64,000 bases of DNA from positions 230-64,229 of the forward strand of contig JBBDNV010000157.1 in assembly GCA_040877415.1 (NCBI GenBank), read 5' to 3'. This DNA is from Pirellulales bacterium. GTDB taxonomy: Bacteria > Planctomycetota > Planctomycetia > Pirellulales > PALSA-1355. Positions 57,961-64,000 of the stretch are shown here, piece after piece (within the stretch, counting starts at the first letter, position 1; each line of letters opens with the position of its first letter). A model generated the notes under the pieces. The model saw only the letters and a program-made list of their open reading frames with translations, was not told where the DNA came from and searched no databases. The translations under genes were made by a program, and so were the position numbers.

Positions 57961-58704
57961 TCACCGGAATCTTCCCAGCCCGCCCCCGGGTCCGAAGTAG
58001 GACTGCAACGTCATGTAGCTCGTGTAGGCCATGTAACCGAAGAACAAAAGCAGAAATAACTCGTGCAACCGAACGTAAGCCAACACGCCCACGCCGGCTG
58101 CCACGACGACCGATAGCCAGAGCGATTGTCGCAGCCCGTCGCGCGGATTCGCGAGTTGAAATATTTCCAGTGAAATTTGTCCGCCGTCGAGCGGATAGAC
58201 GGGCAGCAGGTTCACCAGGCCCCAGAAGATGTTGACGTACAGCAGATCGTCGACGAGCATCTCCAGCTTGGTCGATGCAAAGTCGTAGTTGATGGGCAGC
58301 ACCCAGCCCTGCCAGCCGAATTGCACGCGATGCCCAAAGGCGGCAATCGAGCCCACGATGAGCGCGGCGAACAGAAACCCCGCGCCCGGTCCGGCCAGCG
58401 TGATGACAATTTGCTTGATCGGGCTGCGGTAGGTCGGCTGATAAGAGGCCAGTCCGCCGAAGACGTGCAACGTAATCGAGGGATCCCAACCGTAAAAGCG
58501 GGCCGCCAGCGCGTGGCCCAACTCGTGAACCAGAATCGAAACGAACACCGCCGCGACCCACAGGACTAGCTGCTGGGGTTCCTCGTTGCCGCGCACGCCC
58601 AACACCACGGCCGCGAGCCAGAACAGCGGATGGACGCGGACCGGAATGCCCAGCGCGCGGAAGTTCAAGTCATAGGGGGTGCGTGGCGGCTCGTTGAGAA
58701 TCAC
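57961..58704 (-). CDS. Site-2 protease (M50) membrane metalloprotease
   Basis: SILVHELGHA, ITLAGPGAG and NLLPVYPLDGG. GTG start after GAGGA. Confidence 0.9.
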   Translation of the reverse strand: MILNEPPRTPYDLNFRALGIPVRVHPLFWLAAVVLGVRGNEEPQQLVLWVAAVFVSILVHELGHALAARFYGWDPSITLHVFGGLASYQPTYRSPIKQIVITLAGPGAGFLFAALIVGSIAAFGHRVQFGWQGWVLPINYDFASTKLEMLVDDLLYVNIFWGLVNLLPVYPLDGGQISLEIFQLANPRDGLRQSLWLSVVVAAGVGVLAYVRLHELFLLLFFGYMAYTSYMTLQSYFGPGGGLGRFR

Positions 58705-58805
58705 GATGGTTTTGTCCTCGTCAGTTGCAGGACCGCAGGGTGGATCGCCGCCGTACGAACCGGCCATCCGAAGCGCTAGAATTCTACACGGCAAGGCCGG
58801 CGATT

Positions 58806-60077
58806 TCAGGCGGCCGTTTTCCGCGGCTGCGTGGCCGGCTGGCTGGGCAGCACCCGATGGGGAATGAAATGGGGCGTCAAAACCCGCGCCGGCCGCCGCT
58901 CGAATTCGTCGAGCAGATATTGGGCCGCCGCGGCCGCGGCCCCGCCGTGCCCGACCACGTCTTTCAATCGCGCCAGTCGTGCCACCAGCCGCTGGCGCGC
59001 CGGCACGTCCGTGAGCCACTCGATCACGTGCCGCGCCAGTTGCCCCGTGCGGTCCTCGCAGGTCAGGTACTCGGGAAACAGCGCCTCGTCGGCCTCGGGC
59101 GAATCGGGGTCGTAGGGAGTCGTGTCTTTGCCAAATACGTCGCCGGCGGCCAGCAGGTTCACGAGCGTGATGTACTTCACGCGGCGGAAACGCTTTTGCA
59201 CCGCATAGGCCAACGGCGAAATCCAATACAGGATCGCCGTCGGCTTCGTGTGGTAGAGCAATTCCAGCGACACCGAACCGGACACCGCCAGACAGCAATC
59301 CGCCAGATGGATCAACTCCGGCGTCCGGCGCACGAACACCTCGACCGGCAATCCGCTGCGGGCGGCGGCCGCGCGGGCCAGTTGGGCGTGATGCGGCCGA
59401 AAGGCTGCCACGGCGAAGCGCGCCTCGGGCACCCGGGCGTGCACCAGCCGCGCCGCTTGCAGCAAATGCCGGATGTTGTGCGTGACCTCCTGCGTGCGCG
59501 AGCCCGGCAGAATCGTGACCAGCGGCCGCCCGGGATCGCGTTGCCTGGCCAGGAACGCTTCATCCAGCTTTTGGCAGCGGACTTCGTCGAAGTAGGGATG
59601 GCCCACGAAGGTGGCGTTGCAGCCGCGCTCGGCAAGCCAGCCAACCTCGAAGGGCAGCCCGCACAGCACGTGATCGACGTAGCGCCGCATCTTCGCCACG
59701 CGCCACGACGCCCAGGCCCAGATCTGCGGGGGCGCGTAATAAAACACCGGGATGCCGTGCGCCTTGGCCCGCCGCGCGATCCACCAATTGAAGCCCGGAT
59801 AGTCCACCAGCACGACGGCGTCGGGCCGCTGGTGGCGAAAGTAGCGATCGGCCCGCCCCGCCAGCGCCAGAAACTTGTGAAGGTTCACCAGCACGCGCAG
59901 AAACCACATCACGGCCAGCGCCGTCAGGTCGGCGTGCAAGTGGCAGCCCGCCGCGGCCATCTCGGGCCCGCCGTAGCCGACGGCTTCGATCGCCCCGCAG
60001 CGCGAGCGCAGCTCGCGGATCAGATTGGCGCCGTGCAAATCGCCGCTCGGTTCGCCGGCGGAGAAAAAAATCTTCAT
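58806..60077 (-). CDS. lpxB: Lipid-A-disaccharide synthase
   Basis: SAGEPSGDLHG, VDYPGFN, PPQIWAW, FVGHP, LPGSRTQE and SGSVSLEL. Confidence 0.95.
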   Translation of the reverse strand: MKIFFSAGEPSGDLHGANLIRELRSRCGAIEAVGYGGPEMAAAGCHLHADLTALAVMWFLRVLVNLHKFLALAGRADRYFRHQRPDAVVLVDYPGFNWWIARRAKAHGIPVFYYAPPQIWAWASWRVAKMRRYVDHVLCGLPFEVGWLAERGCNATFVGHPYFDEVRCQKLDEAFLARQRDPGRPLVTILPGSRTQEVTHNIRHLLQAARLVHARVPEARFAVAAFRPHHAQLARAAAARSGLPVEVFVRRTPELIHLADCCLAVSGSVSLELLYHTKPTAILYWISPLAYAVQKRFRRVKYITLVNLLAAGDVFGKDTTPYDPDSPEADEALFPEYLTCEDRTGQLARHVIEWLTDVPARQRLVARLARLKDVVGHGGAAAAAAQYLLDEFERRPARVLTPHFIPHRVLPSQPATQPRKTAA

Positions 60078-60110
60078 TTTCCCTTTTGGAGTTCTGAGGA
60101 TTCAGCGGCC

Positions 60111-60170
60111 GGGTGCCATGCTCACGCTTCGTGAGCATGCCGATCGTTCGACGCACCAAAGCATGGCACC
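60111..60170. repeat. REP, family A
   Basis: gggtgccatgctcacgcttcgtgagcatgcc ... agcatggcacc. Confidence 0.7.
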
Positions 60171-60188
60171 ACATGGCACCCCAAAGCG

Positions 60189-60983
60189 TCAACCCGAGTC
60201 GCCGGATTGTTTCTCCACCGGCATGAACGCCGGCTGTGGGACGTAGCGCGGCCGAGCGGCGTCGTAGCGGGCCGGCACCATCCGCGGCTCGTCTGCGCCG
60301 GCGCGCATCATTTCGCTGGCCAGGTGCGGCTCAAATCGCCGGTCGAGCCAATAGCTGGCCAGCCGATCCACCAGTCCGGCTCGATAGATCGTGCCTTGCG
60401 GCGGCAGCCCGTCGGCGAGCATTAAGCGGCACACGCGAAACCCCCGCCGCGCGACGATTTTTCCCAGGATCCGAAACGCGCCGCGCGCCAGCGCCAATCC
60501 GGCGACCGCTTCGCGGCGAGCCGCCCAGAACAGATCCTCCGAAGGCTGCAATTGGGGCTCTCCCGCGATCAATCGCGGCACCCGCGCGACGCGCTGCCAA
60601 AGTTCCGTCCGCAGCGGGCGCTCGTGGCTGGCGATCACCAGGTCGTTTTGCGAGAGCCGCGCAACCAGGTGCGGAATATAGCGCGTCGACGCGCCATCGC
60701 GGGGGTCGACGGCGATCACCAGGTCGCCCCCGGCGGCGGCCAGCCCGGCCGTCAGGGCCGCGCCGGTTCCGCGCGGCTTGTCGAAACGCAGCACGCGCAG
60801 TTGTTCGTGCTCGGCCAGCAATTCTTTCAGGCTGCCGGAGGCCGGCTGTGCCGAGGCGTCGTCAATGCAGATGATCTCATAGGGCAGAAGCAGGCCACCC
60901 AGCACCTGGCAGAGTTGCGGCAGCAAGCGGCCGATCGCGTCGGCTGCATCCCGCTGGGGGATCAAAACCGAATAGTGAATCAT
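60189..60983 (-). CDS. GT2-like protein (DPM/ArnC-like), degenerate
   Basis: YSVLIP, YEIICIDDAS and GTGAALTAGLAAAGGDLVIAVD; the DxD motif is not intact. Confidence 0.72.
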   Translation of the reverse strand: MIHYSVLIPQRDAADAIGRLLPQLCQVLGGLLLPYEIICIDDASAQPASGSLKELLAEHEQLRVLRFDKPRGTGAALTAGLAAAGGDLVIAVDPRDGASTRYIPHLVARLSQNDLVIASHERPLRTELWQRVARVPRLIAGEPQLQPSEDLFWAARREAVAGLALARGAFRILGKIVARRGFRVCRLMLADGLPPQGTIYRAGLVDRLASYWLDRRFEPHLASEMMRAGADEPRMVPARYDAARPRYVPQPAFMPVEKQSGDSG

Positions 60984-61167
60984 GGGCGGCCCTGCCACCA
61001 AACGCACGCCAAGTCCTTTGGCACTCCGCGGCGGTGGCAAGTATCTCAAAATCGGGCCGGTGCTGTAAAGTGCAGTTTCCGCGCACGCCCGACGGCGGCG
61101 AGCGCCCTTGCGGCAAGAAAAAACCGCCGGGAAAACCGCGCAAAAAATCCGGTCCGTCGCGGCGCGC

Positions 61168-61200
61168 AAAAAAAGGGCGCCCCGTCGGGAGCGCCCCTTT
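61168..61200 (-). terminator. Intrinsic terminator for the upstream minus-strand gene
   Basis: On the minus strand GGGCGCTCC-CGAC-GGGGCGCCC followed by T7. Confidence 0.7.
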
Positions 61201-61229
61201 GATGTGTTCGCGATTGCTTTGAAACGACC

Positions 61230-61673
61230 CTACTCCTTCGCCGGCTTGAAGCCTTTCGACGTGTCGGCCAGCAAGCAATTGATCTTTTCGTCATCGCTGG
61301 CAAGCTTGTTGACCTTGCCGAAGCAGTTGTTGCAGCAGACGCAGATCTCGACGCCGGCAAGCTTCACCACCTTTTCGGGATTGATAGGCTTGCCCGTCAA
61401 AGGACAATTGACCTGCTTCAATTGACCCGTCTGGACCAATTGCAGGTTAGCCTTGCCGGCGAACTTTTTCTCGTTCTTGGCGAACGCCTTGGGGCAATTC
61501 GGGCAGCAGAATTCCACTTCGCCGCCGTTGAACGCCACCTTGTGGTCCGCGCTAGTCGCCTTGCCGGAGACGGGGCACTTCAAGGCCACCTTTTCCTTCT
61601 CCGCCGCACGCAACGACCCAGCCACTACGAGACTAGCGACGGCAAGCGCCGCAACAAACAGCCGAGATTTCAT
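61230..61673 (-). CDS. Secreted protein with two YHS/TRASH-like Cys motifs
   Basis: Signal peptide; CPVSGK...FCCPNC and CPLTGK...CCNNC. Confidence 0.8.
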   Translation of the reverse strand: MKSRLFVAALAVASLVVAGSLRAAEKEKVALKCPVSGKATSADHKVAFNGGEVEFCCPNCPKAFAKNEKKFAGKANLQLVQTGQLKQVNCPLTGKPINPEKVVKLAGVEICVCCNNCFGKVNKLASDDEKINCLLADTSKGFKPAKE

Positions 61674-61922
61674 GGCAATGGTTCCTTTCCTAAAGGTGTC
61701 TCAAATCCGTGGGCCCAAGTCTACCGTGTATTTACCCGCAAGGCGAGCCTCGGCAGCCAGCAGCCCTCAAAGTCGGTGATCGCCCGTCTACATCCGAAAA
61801 ATCCTCGCCACGGCCCCAGAGCCGCAAGCGGCATTATTTTCGACCATGCGAACCGTTAAAGTCAAGCAACTTTGCCTGACACGCACAGATTCGCGGAAAA
61901 AAAGGTTCCCCCAGGTCGCCCG

Positions 61923-62495
61923 CTACCCTCCGTCGGCGGCACCTTGGCGGGCGGCCACGAGCAGCTCCAAGTAGCTGCGCCGTTCGCTGTTGCTTAAATT
62001 CAGCCGGCCAGCCAATGACGAAATCGCGTCTCGGGCCGCGTCCACATGGTCCTCGCCCGCCATAATCTCCAGCTCCACGAAGTCGCCCAGCCCCTCGACC
62101 TGATCGAGCGCCACGCCGATCTCGCGGCCGCCCCATACAAGCGTGTAGTGGACGCGGCGTTTGCGCACTTCGGCGAACCGACCAAACGACAGGGCCACGA
62201 GCAACCCCGCGGCATTGTCGGCCGCTTGTTGGCCCTCGGGCAATTCGATCTCGATCTCGTGCCGGGTTTTGGTGGAAGTGTCCAGTTTGGGGCCTTTGTA
62301 GGTAACATAGTTGCGCTGCCCCACGCGCCGTAGCCGCAGGGCCTCGTCGGTTTGGGCGAAGTCGCGTTGGGGATGCGCGAAATAGCTGTCGACTTGCGAC
62401 TCGGTTGCGCCCGGGGCGGCGCCAAGCGCGGCCAACTGCCGCTCTAGCGAGGTGACATCGGAAACGCGGAATTTTTGCTCGACTTCGATGGCCAT
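61923..62495 (-). CDS. cyaB: CYTH-domain protein (class IV adenylate cyclase-like)
   Basis: IEVEQKF, QVDSYF, ALRLRR, TYKGPK, VRKRR and LGDFVELE. Confidence 0.85.
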   Translation of the reverse strand: MAIEVEQKFRVSDVTSLERQLAALGAAPGATESQVDSYFAHPQRDFAQTDEALRLRRVGQRNYVTYKGPKLDTSTKTRHEIEIELPEGQQAADNAAGLLVALSFGRFAEVRKRRVHYTLVWGGREIGVALDQVEGLGDFVELEIMAGEDHVDAARDAISSLAGRLNLSNSERRSYLELLVAARQGAADGG

Positions 62496-62542
62496 GCTGC
62501 GGCAGCCTGGTGTGTCAGTTCGACCCATTCTGGAAAACACCC

Positions 62543-63589
62543 ATGACGGATGCAACCGACCCTCCAGCGGCGCGCAACGGGCGGCCCGTGAGGTTTTGGC
62601 TCACTTTGGCCGTATTGGCCGCCGGCGTGTTCGTTTATGTCCTGCTGATAACCACGCCCACCGGAGGACCAAAAGGCACCGAGGGACCGGCCATCGGCCG
62701 CCGGCTGGGATACCTGCGCTTGGAAGGGCTCACCGGCGAGGCCGGGGAAGTTTCGCTCGACGACCTCGAGGGGCGGGTGACGCTTTTGAACTATTGGGGC
62801 ACGTGGTGCCCGCCGTGCCTGCGCGAGTTTCCCGAGATTGTCGAGCTCGACGAGCGGTTCGGCGGCCGAGACGATTTTCGCCTGTACGCCGTGTCGTGCG
62901 GCCAGCGGGATGATCCGACGCTCGACGAGCTGCGCGACGAGACCGAGTCGTTTCTGGCATCGCGCCGCTTCACGCTGCCGACCTATGCGGATCCCAACGG
63001 TGCCAGCCGCAAAGCGATGGTCCTCGTGCTCGGGCTCGGCGAGATGGCGTACCCGACCACGCTGGTATTCGACCGCCAAGGCGTGATCCGCGGTTTCTGG
63101 CCAGGCTACCATCCGCGCGCCGCGCGCGAGATGGCGGAGCTGATCGAACAACTTCTGGCCGCGCCGCACGAAAAAGGGGACGCAGCGACGCAGGGCGTTT
63201 CAGTTCCGTCCAGGGTTTCCCCTTGCGTGCCATGCAGTGCCATGCTCACGGTTTGCTCGCGCTTGCGTGATCATGCCCGCCCCATTGTATCCGTGATGCC
63301 GCGATTGTGCCCTTTTCCACTTCCAATACCTGATGTCCCCTTCTGTGCTTCACGGCTTCCACGCGAACGACTGGACGATCTGGGCAACCTGGCCGCGCGG
63401 ATCGCGCAGCGAATCGGCGTACATGAAGACAAGCACGGCCGTCTGTTTCCCGAACGCGCGCGCAAAGACGTCGGCGTTGGCCGTCCCGCCGTAGTCGGAG
63501 TACCAAAGATCGTAGCTCAGGGTCACTCTCTGCCACTTGCCAAATTCCGACCGGCTGAGGGACACCTTCTTCGAGAAGCCCGACGCTAG
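62543..63589 (+). CDS. TlpA/ResA-family thiol-disulfide oxidoreductase; 3' end runs on abnormally
   Basis: N-terminal TM, LLNYWGTWCPPCLREFP and YPTTLVFDRQG. The thioredoxin domain ends near 63170 but there is no stop until 63589. Confidence 0.8.
   Translation: MTDATDPPAARNGRPVRFWLTLAVLAAGVFVYVLLITTPTGGPKGTEGPAIGRRLGYLRLEGLTGEAGEVSLDDLEGRVTLLNYWGTWCPPCLREFPEIVELDERFGGRDDFRLYAVSCGQRDDPTLDELRDETESFLASRRFTLPTYADPNGASRKAMVLVLGLGEMAYPTTLVFDRQGVIRGFWPGYHPRAAREMAELIEQLLAAPHEKGDAATQGVSVPSRVSPCVPCSAMLTVCSRLRDHARPIVSVMPRLCPFPLPIPDVPFCASRLPRERLDDLGNLAARIAQRIGVHEDKHGRLFPERARKDVGVGRPAVVGVPKIVAQGHSLPLAKFRPAEGHLLREARR
63227..63278. repeat. Degenerate REP, family A
   Basis: gtgccatgcagtgccatgctcacg...gcgtgatcatgcc. 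Confidence 0.5.
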
Positions 63590-63817
63590 ACGAGGCCCGT
63601 TCTCGGTCATTCGCTTCGCAATCTGCTGCGGGGTCAATTCGACGAGATACACCCTCATCTGGATGTCATGATAAGAACTTGAATTGTGGCCCCAGCCGTC
63701 GCCCCCCAGATGGGCCAGGCAAGCACCGAACGGCAACAGCGCATTAACGATTTCGGCGTATTCCTTGTCCCATTCGCCGTCGGCGACACGAACCCTTGCC
63801 AACTCGGTCGGCGACAA
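63350..63817 (-). CDS. Hypothetical protein; true start unclear, possibly 5'-disrupted
   Basis: Protein-like composition. The frame stays open upstream to a TGA near 63987 with no in-frame ATG/GTG. Confidence 0.5.
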   Translation of the reverse strand: MSPTELARVRVADGEWDKEYAEIVNALLPFGACLAHLGGDGWGHNSSSYHDIQMRVYLVELTPQQIAKRMTENGPRLASGFSKKVSLSRSEFGKWQRVTLSYDLWYSDYGGTANADVFARAFGKQTAVLVFMYADSLRDPRGQVAQIVQSFAWKP

Positions 63818-64000
63818 GTGGATGTTTTCATGGTACTTTGCTTGCCAATCGAGCCAGTGTTGGGGAATCTGAAACGACCCTCCCGCCGGCTGGAGTTCTA
63901 TAATGCCGGCTTGCCCATGCGCGACTCCGTACGCAAAACAAGCCGCCTTCGTATCATGGGTGTTCTGTTGACGTGCGGAATGCGGTCAACGCCTCGTCGC

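Overview
High-GC bacterial chromosomal window. The gene content (long SecA, MATIAEAL-type TPR proteins, PQQ-like beta-propeller, FHA-GAF-sigma54 activator, UAP1-type pyrophosphorylase) points to a planctomycete, by inference. It is mostly housekeeping: MFS transporter, 5-oxoprolinase, FkbM plus two TPR-glycosyltransferases, cbiX, prc, secA, waaA, metK, manC, ruvX, a complete nuoA-N operon behind a Rex-like palindrome, mrp/apbC, lpxB and others. The clearest accessory feature is a 3.1-kb lower-GC transposon (24245-27338). It has GGCTTTGCACAA terminal inverted repeats and a perfect 9-bp target duplication, and it sits inside a REP-like hairpin. It carries an internally deleted IS5/IS903-like transposase, a 45-aa C4 zinc-finger ORF missing from the ORF track, and a single-chain type IIG-like restriction-modification gene. 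Two other sub-60-aa ORFs missing from the track are a 21-aa Lys/Ala-rich peptide in a highly structured locus (57463-57528) and a 26-aa hydrophobic peptide (30311-30391). Several REP/MITE families are dispersed through the window. No rRNA, tRNA or CRISPR array was recognised. All protein calls come from motif recognition, not database searches.
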